From Tricharina praecox (lineage: Eukaryota): a stretch of DNA of 64,000 nucleotides. How positions within the stretch are numbered: the first letter of the stretch is position 1; every line of letters begins with the position of its first letter. The position numbers were made by a program, and so were the translations under genes. Location of the stretch: NCBI RefSeq assembly GCF_024521635.1, contig NW_026250406.1, positions 930,001 to 994,000 of the forward strand, read 5' to 3'. Below, in pieces: positions 24,701 to 36,934 of this stretch. Under the pieces are notes generated by a model. That model was not told where the DNA came from. It was given only the letters and a program-made list of their open reading frames with translations, and ran no database searches.

Positions 24701-27700
24701 ACGTGAGGGAAAAGAAGGCAGCAAAAAGATCTGTCCCCCCGACCCCCGACCCCCTTCGAGAGTCGAAACCTCGCCTGCCTTGTGTTCCGGCGGGCTTGTC
24801 CTTGCCCTATGACGGCCCCTCATATGGATAGAGCAGGTACTCGCAGCCGAGAAGAAGCCAGCCATGCTACTCTACTTCCTACCCATCGCGAGACCAATAA
24901 CTACCGGCGTACGGCCAGCCCGGTATCGCAACAACGGAAGGAAGGGAAGGGGGAGGAAGGAAAGAGTGAAGAAAGAAGGAGGAAGGAAAGTAGCAGGAAA
25001 GAAAGAAGTATGATAGGAAAGAAAGAAGCCGGAAAGAAAGAAGGAAGGGAACCGACATCCCACAAAGCCCAGGTTTAATCAAACCCCGAGCATTTCCATC
25101 ATCATCGTCGTCGTCCTCGTACGATATGTACACAACTATGCCCTGCCTTACACACATACCCCCCTTCCCCTCGGAACATATCGTCAAATGCCGGCATCTT
25201 GTCCGTAGTAAACTAGTGCCAATGATTGGCAGTTCAAATCAACCGCGGACTGTGCTTTGGATCTGCGACAACTGACATCGACGAGAGACATCTGCATACA
25301 TAGTTTTACTTATCGATTATGTACGCACAGACACGGGGCTAGGAGGTGAGGTAAAGTGAGGTAAAGTGAGGTAGAGGGTTGTCACATTTCGCGCGCGCAC
25401 ACCACATGAGGCGACAACGACAACGCCGACGCCGACGCCAACGCCGCCACGAACACGATGTGGGATACGCGAGGGTAAGGAGTGGATACAGGTACCGTAT
25501 CCGGATCGCCGTCGAGGCGAGCAGGAGAGGCGAGCAGGAGAGGCGGGGCGGACAGACAGCAGAGTAAATGACGGAGAGGGCGGACAGCAGAGCAACGGAC
25601 GAAGAGGGCGGACGGACAGACAGGACGAGAAAAGACCAGCAAATTTCAATGTCGTGTGCGGGGAGCCGACGTGATGTACGTGATGTTAACGTTCGTTCAT
25701 GCAAACGAATTATTGGATAGGGAGAGAGAGAGTTCTTTCCGGCCGTACCTGGGCCTGGGATGTCCGTGCTTTTCATAGGTCGTATCGTGTCCCCGAAACC
25801 CCTCTCTCTCCCCTCCCCGCGGTGTCTCGCCCCTCCTCCCCCCCGCCGCTTGGCCGAGCAAGACCAGATGGGAAGAAGTTTGGATAGCAGCTTATGATGA
25901 TGTTACCCAGCAGTAGCGTTTTGGAGAGTACAGTAGTGCCTGGTGAGTTGCAGGAGATAGGTAGACTGCCAGCTGCACGTCCTCTGAAAGGCTGCAAGGC
26001 TGCGTCATTCATCATGTAGAGTAGCGTACGTGCCCTGCCGCCGCTTGCTTGCCCTGCCTCCGTCGAAAAAAAAGGAAACAGCTATGGAGTATGTAATAAT
26101 AGAAGCATCATAGGTCCTAAGGTAGAGATGCAGAACATCTATGTACCTGGGCAAGCAGGAAGCTATGCTTCCACCTATCCTCCAAGCGTAGGAAGGAAGC
26201 ATGGCAATTCTGACATGTGGAGTGTTACCCGTTGTGGCGGACGATTCTCCAACTCTGCTGGAGCCCGAAGGCCTAGGTAGAGTAGCTCGAGCTCGAGCAG
26301 GTACCCGTGAGGACTGCGTGTTGGCTTGGATTGGGTGCGCCGAAGGGGACCAGATGATCCGCTCTCTGAAGGGAACGGGCATCGGTATTGCTGTCACAGC
26401 TTGATAACTCGCGCTGCCTGGTGTTCAAGCTGTTGTGATAGCCAAGGCAGCTTTACCTCACGTTGACGGAGATTCGAAAGACGCAGGTCCTGTTTTTTTT
26501 TGTTGATGTTTCGCGCAGGTTATGTACGACACGACTGGCCAACACTCCATTTCGAAGGGGTAATGATGGAGGTGAAATGATTCAAATGACTGTACCTATC
26601 GTCTCATTCTGTCCGCCTTCTCCGAAGTCCAAGAATTCGGGAGTCTGCCTCGATCCGGAGTTGGGCGCACTGTTGGTCGCTTGCTGTGTCGTATGCGCCT
26701 GCAAATTCGAGGTGGGGTGTGCACGATGTGGGGAAACAACCTGATCCTGATCCGACGTAGTTATAGTATGGGGATTTCGCGACGTCGACATTTACAGAGT
26801 GGGACAGGAGAGTTGGACAGCCTGCCGTGGAGAATGGTGGGACGCCGAGGGCGAGGACCCGATCGGTTTGATTTCATCGCGCGAACAAGAAATATTTAGA
26901 GCATTTCCGTGGGATCCGACCGACATCGCTCAGCTCTCCCTCTTCCGCTCTCAGCTCTGCGTCTTGGCCCCGGAGGTGTCGAGGCCCGTGTCCAGTCTTT
27001 GTCCCGGAACAGAGGACCGCGAAACGAACGACATGAAACGGAGTGACAAGAGGGAGCGGGAACGAACTGACCATAGTGCCAGCCCAAACACGGCATCATC
27101 TTGCGCTACCAGCGCAGAAAAATGCTTGGATCAGAGGGTTTAGTGCCTTTCGTTTCGCTGCTGGGGTGGCGTCGCGCGGCGACTAACGAATTGAGTCGCA
27201 GGTTTGAGGCAGGCAAGCAAGTAACTACGGGAGGTAGGCACATGTCGTCGTCGAGATTGGGGAGGGGATAGAGGATAGGGCGACAGATGAGTGGATCCGC
27301 AATGCTGGACGCAACGGAATGACTTGGACATGTCTCGAGTCCCGACTCCGCGCCGTTCGTTCGTCTGTTTCTTTCATTCGTCCGTCCGTCCATCCGCTTA
27401 AGGGGTGAGGGGGAGCAGTCAAGAGCGACGGGGATCCCGGCCGGCACGGCCATGGCCGCTGCCTTGATGGGACACGGAACCGACTGCTGGCCGCCGGGGC
27501 CACACACGGACGGAGCAGCCAGCCAGAGTGCCTCAGGGTTGTGCTCTGCCCAGACGGCTCGGACGGTCGAAGTTCTCCTTACAGAAATGCTTTCTTCTTC
27601 TGCTTCTTCTTCTTCGTCTTCCTCAGCCAGCCCCACAACCACCACCACACAAATGAGTGCGCAGAATCTGCAAGGGTGCACGATGAAGCTGTTCACGCCG

Positions 27701-28225
27701 TCCACCGACCGTCCCCTCTCTCCGTGTGTCTTTGTCTGTGTGTGTGTGTGTGTGTGTGTGTCTCGCTCTCCTCGCGCGCGCGCCAGCTCCTGGCCGTGAG
27801 CAAGTTAACCGTATCGCGAGCATGCTGTACATGCGCAAGTAGTCAGCCAGTCAGTCAGTCCGTCCTCGAGACGTACGAAGGTCGCTGCATGTACGTACTT
27901 GTGCCTGGTGGGCACGCAAGCATCTGGGCCTGTAGGTCGAGCAACTCTAGGGTTCGTGAGCGTAGTGTGTGGGTGGGTGTGTGGGTGAGCACCTCGCACA
28001 ATGATGGTGGTTGGGCTAGGTGGTCCCTCCAAGTGACCCGGGACCTTCGACTGTCCTTTCAGTCACAGCGGTTCCGTGAACCACGCTAGCCACCCCTGCG
28101 AACCAAGTTCCGCGACAATCTCATCACCACCTACACCACCACCACTACCCCCCCTCCCATCCAGACCCCGGCTCACCACCGAAAGGCTGTACGAGAGACA
28201 GGTCTCCGTTTAGCTTCGCCCGTCC

Positions 28226-28234
28226 ATATATATT
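28226..28234 (+). promoter_or_regulatory. TATA-like box upstream of the microprotein gene
   Basis: ATATATATT, followed by an A/C-rich, ATG-free stretch of about 340 nt that ends at CAAAAATG (28578). Confidence 0.55.
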
Positions 28235-28577
28235 ACTCACGAACTCCCCCCTCCTCAAACATAAATACCAACCCATTGAACCTTCCAGTGAAAGGCGTCT
28301 CCATCATCCAGCACACGAACAACACGATAACTTCACGCATCCAACCCGAAAGCACAATCACCCACCCACAACTGCCAGTCGAACTTCACCTACAAAACCA
28401 TCATCAGCACCCATTCGCACGAACACCAGCAGTAGCAACATCTCCAGAAAGCCCAAAGCACAAGGCAGAAAGCAAAAACACCTTCAGCAGCTCCACCCAG
28501 CGACTGTCCATCCGCAACAGCCAGCAGTCAACCTGCCCAGCTCCATCCGGAACGAACAACCAACAACCACTCCAAAA

Positions 28578-28840
28578 ATGTACTCTTGTGTAAACCAGCC
28601 ACGAGGATGCCGCGGACGAGTAAACATTCCCGGAGGTCGTTGCGACAGTTGTCGGGTACGTTTGTCTTTGGTTTCCGTCCATCTGTGGAGGTGGGGAGAG
28701 GACGTCAGTCTAACAGCGTGTGCGTTCTCCAGCAACTCAACCTGCGGAAATCAGTCTTCGCGCTCGGCAGTCCCGTAGCCTACAGGCGGCCATCGATAGA
28801 CTTCTCGTCACTTGCCATTTCCGCGCAGGACCCCCGATAG
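28578..28840 (+). CDS. 61-aa cysteine-motif microprotein (C-x6-C-x10-C-x2-C), function unknown; exon 1 28578-28655, intron 28656-28732, exon 2 28733-28840
   Basis: Spliced translation MYSCVNQPRGCRGRVNIPGGRCDSCR/QLNLRKSVFALGSPVAYRRPSIDFSSLAISAQDPR*. Canonical 77-nt intron with GTACGT donor, CTAAC branch site at 28710-28714 and CAG acceptor. Good start context (AAAATG, A at -3), upstream TATA, and microsatellite-free local sequence. Confidence 0.8.
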
Positions 28841-31800
28841 AGCTGCGCCTGCCCTAGCAATCCCCGACACACCAGCGGTCAAGCGAGTGGTCTCTCGCTT
28901 CATCCGCCGCCCTACTCCCCTCGATCATCTCCCCCGCCTTCCTCTCTCGCTCATGGCGATCGACAAAATCGGCAAACGACCAATAAAACCACCACAGCTC
29001 GTTCGATCCACTCCGCACACCCGTCCGCCCTCCGCCCAAAAGGATATCCGTTTCATTTCTCCCGTGTGTTTATATCTGAATATTTCCTTTTTCCCCCTCT
29101 TATTCGGGTATGGGCCATTTGCGGGATAACGGGTGTTTGGGTTTCTGTCATTGTATTTCCTTTTCCTGGGGGTTTTCGGGGTTTATGGGCTCGGTGTCCT
29201 GTTGAGTATTTTTGCATTTTCTGGAGAGCGATCCGCATCCGCAGTGGACGCCCGCTGGGTCCCCGCCTGTATTGCTTTGCTTGCCTCGGTTCGGGTTGGT
29301 GTTCAAGTCATTTTCGGCGTTACGTCATGCTTGCTTCTTAACCCATCCCCCCGGCTCGTCTCTCCCCCCTACCCGCCCGCTGTCTCCGTCTCTCGAAACA
29401 TCATCATCATCATCATTTTTCCCGACTCTTCGGTCCACGACAAGGGAGCCCTTCCTCCTCGTCAGACGCCCAGCTACTTCATGTAGTCCGTCACCACTAC
29501 TGCCGTTGCACCGTCGCTGGCGTCCTTTCTTATCCTTACCTGCGACGAGACGCCAGCTTTTGCCGGTCCGGTTGGGCATCACGAAGAGCTGCGATTGGTC
29601 TGAATGCAATGGCGCCGGCCGGGGGACGAGGGAGAGGGAGGGGTAACCCACCCACCACCACCACCACGCAACACCACACCAGCGCAATCAACCCCCCGAA
29701 TCGCATCGAATGGGCAGCCCCAAAATCTCACGATATCTACCCCCCACTACAAAAAAAATCGAGCCCCCCCCCAATTCCAATACGGCAGTTCGAATACGAC
29801 CTATCGCATCGTCTGTCGCATGCAGGCTCATTTCACAGTACCTGTCCTCCACCGCACACCTCGGCAATAATATTGCTCTCGCGTCGTCGGTCGCCCGGCC
29901 TCGCCCTTCGAAGATGGACCCATGCATCGCTTGCCGGAACAGCGATTGCATTACCTCATCCGCCTGCATTGCCTATCGGTGCATTGTCGGTTTCTAGCCC
30001 GGACGTCTGCTGAGCCGAATTCGAGCAAAGGCTACTGCTGCGTACGTGATACCGGATGGAGTGAGTCTCGCGGAGATCGAGGGAGAGAGTGGGGAAGGAA
30101 TGAAGGGGTGGGGCTGGGAAGCAGAATGAGGGGTTGCGATCCTGCGTGCCTGCACCGCTTGCTGCGTCTCGCTCCTGCCTACTGTCGGCACCGTCGTCGT
30201 CGCCATCCGATCGTGTGGCCATCAGCTCCGACTACCTCCACGATTGCGGGGGAGAGGGGGGGGGGTGGACTGTGTCTCATGATTGCTGTGTTGTCGCTGT
30301 TCGTTCATTCATTCGTTCGGCCAGGGTGGCTTTATCATCTATCTCTTCAATCTGTATGTACTTTGGGCGGAATTGGTTTTCTCCTTAGTGAGAGCGGACG
30401 ACACCAATCCCACAGGCTTTCAGGATCTTATTCATTATCATTGTTATCATTTTTCCTTCCTTTCCTAACGCGGGGTTTCAACGGGGTTCTTTCTCTTTTT
30501 ATTTCCTCAATAGTCATGTGTACCATCATACATCTAGATACCGGAGCGGCGTTGCAATCATCATCATCTTGGGAGGCGGAAGGCGGGGGCGGGTTTGTTT
30601 TTGTTTTTTTATTTTTTCTGGCTTTTCTGTTTTTCTGCGTTTTGTTTTTCCTCATTTTTTTATCTGGAGCACTGGGTGGGTTTTTCGTTTTTTTTTTACG
30701 TTTTGGGGATTTTTTTTTTCCACTATTATTTTTTTACGATTGCGAATGAACGAACGAGAAGAACAAGAACAAGAACAAATGATAATAATCACTATTACTC
30801 CTCTTAATTCGTGTTCACTCTACATACTCTATTCTATTCGAAAGGCGCAGGGTGCATTCATTTCATCTTCATCGCTGGCGGATGATGGACGGCGGCGGGC
30901 CAGGCCAGGCGCAATTCACTTTCGTCGTCGACTCCCGTTGGCGTTGCAAACAGAAAGCAAACGTTCTGTGAAACCAAGAATTGAGCCAAGGAGAGGAGGA
31001 GGAAGGAGGAGAAGGAGCAGGAGGAGGGTGAATAGGAGAGGAGGAGGAATGCGTGCGTCTACCTAGCGGTGCAGGCAGGCAGGCAAGGAGGGGAGAAGTT
31101 CGCACGATCGTGGTTTGGGGAAACAGGGAGGAGCTGGAGGAGGAGCACTCTCGGAGGAGGAGGAGCGAGAGGGAAATTGTTCTTTCCCATCCAGCAGCCA
31201 CCACCACTTGGTCTGGTCCACATACCGCACTCTACGATTGCCAGTGCGGGAACAGTCCGGGCATCGCCGTCCGGGGGGGAGGGGGGGTAGGCTGCACGAA
31301 GCCGCGGGTTTTTTTTCTCTCTCTTCCTTTTCTTTCCTTGCTCGATCGACCGACTCGACTCTGAGTGAGTGACCAGTCGCTTTTTCCGTCCTTTTTTCCG
31401 CTTTTTCCATTTTCCCGGCTTTTTTGTTATTTTTTATTTCACACTTGTGATTTATTTTTATTTCTCGCTCCAGGCGATTACGAGAAAAGTGCACTTTTTT
31501 ACTTCTCCTCTTCCAGCTTCAGCTCCAGAGTCCAACTCCTCGTTCTCTTCTAGGTACTCTAGAGTATCGACGCCCAACGCCTCCCCCTTCCCCTTCCCGG
31601 TGCTGCGGCGGTGCACTCGATGCAGATTCCTGGGACTTCCAGCGACGGCGGAAAGGACGACGGAAAGGACTGGACTGCGATGGGAAACGGACGCCGGACG
31701 GGGCCAAGGATATGGCGCTGGCTCAGTGGCCGCGGCGCTTTTGGTGGCTTTCGACTTGAGAGCGAGCGAGCGTTGCCATTGCCGTTGCGGCCGCGACGAT

Positions 31801-34800
31801 GCGCACTGCCTGCCTGCTTCCTACCTGCTGGATGTGTGTGTGTGTGGTTGTTGAGGATTTTTTTTTTCTTGGGGGGGGGGGCTACTGCGTGTGGGTTGGG
31901 TTCGATTGGGCATGTGTGGGTTAGGGATCGTCGGTCGTGTCGTGGTAGAGGTGGTGGAGGCGGAGCTCACTCGTGCTTCGACTTCCTGTGGATGGATGGA
32001 GCGGTTTGGAACAACGCAGCAGCAGTCTCGCTATGTGGTTCTGTGTGGATGGGGCCGCTACCTGCTTGCCTGCTTGGGGGAGGGGGTGGGGGAGGATTCG
32101 GGTCTTCCGTGGATAGGTACGTTACATACGACCTCTCGAGCGGCCATAGGGTAGGTACCGTAGATACATGCTTCATAGTTGGCACCTCCCACTCCCCCCC
32201 TCCAGTGTTCACCCGGTTGAATAAGACATTACTTCAGCACATGGAACAACGCGAGCGATTCAGATCTCCTCCCTAACTACGAGTAGAGTAGAGTACCTGT
32301 GTCTTACGCGCCAAACATTGTCAACATCGCCATACAATTTTCCCCAATAGCCCATACAATTTTCCCTATACATATTCCCGCTTTTTCGCAAAACGACTTC
32401 TCGATCCCCGGACCCCGATCCCCATAGCCTTCCCAAAAGCAATATAGAGTGGTATATACATTCATGATTCGACCCAGGCCCCAGAAGAAAAAAGGAAGGA
32501 AAAAAGCAAACGCCAATCGGACCCCACCCCACTCTGGTCCTCCGTCCGGCAGGAGCATGAGCAGCAGCAGGAGGAGGACGAGGACAAGGAGGACGAGATT
32601 CGCCACCCAACAATCCCATTGAGAATTCCCCACATCCACGAAACTCACACGAATCCACACACACACACACACACACAAATGCACACATGCACGCACACTC
32701 CACTCGTATTTATGTACAATACTCGAGCAGAGATCTTATTCCTAGGTATATATCCGTGGCGCTTTTGTGCGGAAAAAGCTGGCTGGCTGGCCGCTGGCTT
32801 GCATGCGTGGAGGCGAGCGAGCGAGGTTTTGTGGAGCGACGGGGTGTCCATACATGTTACTCTAAGCACTTAAGTTTGATATGTAGAATAAAAATAAAAT
32901 ACATAGAAAGCCACATCAAGCCACAAGCCACATAGCAATACTCCAGTAACTAGCAGCAACCGAGTGCGTATGTAGAGTATGTAGTCGGCTAAGCCATAGG
33001 ATGTGTGAGATCTGCCCACGCCTACCTACGCCCAAGCCCACTATGATCTATGTATCACGACGAATCACAAGTGCGCCACAGGGTTGAAGGGTTGAAGGAA
33101 GGGTTCTGGACTGTTTTTGCTGACAGGACGACGACGGCGAAACGACGGCCGCGGATGCATACGGACGGGCTCTGCTCTAGATACTCTGCTATGCTATGCT
33201 ATGCTATGCTCTAGAGACCTTATGCATGTCTGGAGCCGCGCGGCCCCACGAAAGAGTCTCTACCGCTGAGGACCCAAGTACCAGTACCCAAGTCTACCCA
33301 AGTACTAGTAGCTCATGTATGTAGGAAAAGCAACCCGCAGCAAAGCTCGGACCGATCGAGGGCTCCGTCGCCACCAACAACACCGCCGACGCCGACGCCG
33401 ACGCCGACAAGACACGACACGACACAGTGTTCCAACGCAAAAAAGCCGCCGGTACCGCCGCGCGCGGTGCAGTGCGCCCCCCTTCCCCATCCCCATCCCC
33501 GCCCCCCTCTCCGGACACGGATACGCGAGTGAGACACCACCACCACCAGTGCCCCACCGTGTCTCACTCTCTCACTCTTTCTCTCTCAGACTCTCACTGC
33601 TATAGGTACTCTACACACTCTAGAATCTGGATCAGGGTTTCCGAGAATAGAATGCAACGCAGTGGGCAATGGACCGTGGACCGTGGACCGTGGACGAGGC
33701 GAGGCGAGGCGAGGCGATGGACTTTCGGTGATCGTGACTTTGAACTGGAACCTGAACCTGAACTTGAACCTGCGCCGAACGGATCCGGACATGGACATGG
33801 TCCATGCGGACATGCGGTCCACGACTCCACGCAGGGTGGACTCTGGAGTAGGAGGGGGTAGGTACCGGCGCTATACTTAACTATACTTACTATTTACGGT
33901 ACAGACATACGGTACAGACAATGGACATACCTCGAACGAGGCTTCCGTATCGTACCTACCGTGCTCTACCGTATGATCTGCCAGAGTAGAAGCACAGCGA
34001 GTTCACGACAAGGGGCTACGAAATTACGATGGTAGGTGTGTCGGTACTGCGCCGAAGCCCTGCCAGGCTCCAGCCATGCGCTGTACTCTCCATAGGTACG
34101 GTGCTCATTCACTCACTCACTCAACACCCGGATTCGAATATCCGAAGCGGAATTGACACCCCCCATTCTCTTCTCTCGTTCGTTCGTTCAGTCGGCGAGG
34201 AATGGATCATGGCTGGCTGGCTGGCTGGCTGGATGGCCAGATGGTAGATCTAGATCCGCCATCCGGATGAGACGGGATTGAGTAGTCATCCGTAGGGCTT
34301 CGCCACAGGCCACAGGCAGGTAGGCCATCGCATTGCATCGCATCGTCCCGCTGTCCTTAGAGCAACTACCATAACTACCGGTGTGTATGTAACGGCAACC
34401 ATGTTCACGCTTCTAGAACTCTCGTCCCGTCTGGCCGGTCTCGTCTGGCCGGTCTCGTCTCGTCTCTTCTCGCTCGTGTCTTCTCGCTAGAGATAACCTA
34501 GATACCTTCGTACCTGAAGACCTTCCCGTTCGTTTCGTTTCGGCTCGGGAAAGAGAGAGAGAGGGAAAAAAAAGAAAGAAAAAAACTAGCGAAAGAAAAA
34601 GGTCGGTCTCGCGCGGTCTCGTCTCGTCTCTCATCTCAATCCAACGCAACCCAAGGGCCAACCCACCCCGTGGCGGCAATACCGGTACTATGATTGCAAG
34701 CGGGGTCACAGACAAAAGCCAAAAGTCAAAAGCCTTCGACAAACACCGTTCCCGCCCGCCCGCCCGCCAGCCAGCCACGACTAGGTATCACATCTTGGTA

Positions 34801-36849
34801 CTGGGACTCTAGAACCTTCGAGAGAGGCATGCGCATGTAGATAGGAGACGGTCGTCCGGCCAGGGTCGGGGTCGGGGGGTTGAGAAATTCCTCGCGGTGG
34901 TGACCTGACCCGGACGAGGCGAGGCGAGGCGCGGGCCCACGTCCCCACGTCCCAACCACGACCACAACCACGACCACGACGAACGACGCCAGTGGTGCCG
35001 CCGCCGCCATCGCCATCATATGTATCCAGACCCTAACTACCACATCCACATGCCTACATACCCTACATACCCTACATCCACGGAAAAGGAAAAGGAAAAG
35101 GAAAAAAAAGTGCTGTTCTGTTCGGTTCGGTTCTGTTGCAGTTATGCATACATCTGCACTCGCGCGTACGTGCACGCGATATATTCCTGCTGGAAATCGC
35201 GGCTGTCCTGTCTCCTGTATCCTGTGCTGTCCTGTGCTGTCAGCCCGCTTAGATACGAGCCGGCTTGCTTGCTAAGGTGCTAAGTGCTTCACTTTGTCTC
35301 GCCCTGTAACGACAACAAACATTGAACCGGCGGGCTTGGCATTGCTGATTGACTGACTTGACTGACTTGACTGGGTGGCAGGCAGGCAGGTGCGGGCGGC
35401 GGCGCCGGCGAAGGGGGCGGCAAGGTAAGGTAAGGACCTGAACTTCTGTTTGAAGTTTGATCGGATCCGCTATAGAGTACTCTACTCTACCTAATGTAAT
35501 GTACACGTGTTTAAACTGTTTTTATTGTTTTCCTTTCTTTTTCTCCCCTTCCCTTCCCAGTGCAACCGTGGTCCGTCAACGCAACAGCGGGAGAGCTGCA
35601 GATTCCCTTAGTCCCCCCTAACCCTCGATCCCTCGATTCCTCCCTCCCGTGCGGTAAAGATCGGACGGCGTGGGCTTGAACAGGAAGGGAAGGGAAGGGA
35701 AGGGGAGGGAAGGAAAAACAAAAACAAAAACAACCTCCTCCCCCTGCCCCCGAAACGTTGAGCCGGTCCGATCGTACCTGTTGCCTGTTGCCTGTTACTT
35801 GTCGAGTGACTGCTACTGTCACGGACAGACAGACAAGCAGGCAAATAGGCAATCAGAAGCCGCGGGACCACGGCACAGCATGGCACGGCACAGCAGGAGA
35901 AGTTGAGAACACGTCAAACATAGGTGTAACTACACTGTACCTGCAGTGGGTACAGTAGGTACAGTGGTTACTTTGGAGCACGAAATACGATTCGAAACGC
36001 AGCATGCCGCAGACCGTCGACCGCAGACCGCAGCCCGTCCGTAGCCCGCATCCCATATCCCGCAGCCCGTCAATGCGAACCAGTCGTTCCGGTCCTCTGT
36101 TCCAACTTCCGGCGGGCGGGTGGGTGAGGAGTGAGTGAGTGAGTGAGACATGTGTCTGGCGAAAGCGAAAGTTGAAACCGCACGTCTTGCCTTCCTCCTC
36201 CTAACCCCCCCGACCCCCGACCCCCGACCCCCGACCACCGGCCACCGACTCTCCGACCCCCCGACAACAGACCGACCCGTACCCGTACCCATGCCCGTAC
36301 ATACCCGCACGTTGGTGGACGTTGGTGGGCGATCGCATCACATCGTATCGCTGCACGGCACTGCACTGTACTGTACTGCAATACACACATGCATGAAGGA
36401 AGTGAAGGAAACGTGAAGGAAACGTGCATGGGGCTCTACTCTATAGAGCAGAGTACATAAGCCGAGCGAAGTTGGCGGTTGGGGGATACGAGCACTACAT
36501 ACACAGGTACCTAGATGGAGAATACTCTCAGTCTCTCACCACCTGGGTCCTGAAATGCACGGAGGTTTATGCAGCTCGATAATTGATGATCGATGGTGTC
36601 CGGCCACACTGAACAGAAGTTACAGGATACACCTTCTCCTTCTTCTTCTTCTTCTCCTGAACGCTGGAGCCTGGCGGAGCGGCTACGGCCTTGGCCCCAG
36701 GGGCCAGGGAAGGGAAGCTTCCATTGGGCGTTCGACGAGCGAGGCGAGGCGAGGCGGAAGCGAGTGGATGGTTGGATGGAGTGGATGGCTAGGTACGGTA
36801 GTAGATTAGCGAGAGTCGAGCCGTCGGCCGGCAGACAGGCAGGCAAATA

Positions 36850-36934
36850 CAATCCCCAATCCCCAATCCCCAATCCCCAATCCCCAATCTCCAATCCCCA
36901 ATCCCCAATCCCCAATCCCCAATCCCCAATCCCC
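36850..36934. repeat. (CAATCCC)n heptanucleotide repeat, about 12 units (GGGGATT on the minus strand, G4-competent)
   Basis: Directly visible array with one variant unit. Confidence 0.95.

Noticed and set aside
28578..28840. Unspliced ORFs 28578..28778 (66 aa) and 28586..28840 (84 aa) as separate genes
   Set aside because: Each is half of one spliced gene joined by a canonical intron.
32124..32152. ACATACGACC...CCATAGGGT resembling the 5' end of fungal 5S rRNA
   Set aside because: The match is interrupted and the rest of the 5S sequence, including the internal control region, is absent.
36850..36934. (CAATCCC)n, and AAACCCTAAC near 7240, as telomeric repeats
   Set aside because: The unit is not the CCCTAA telomere repeat, the arrays are short and internal, and they are among many repeat types in the region.
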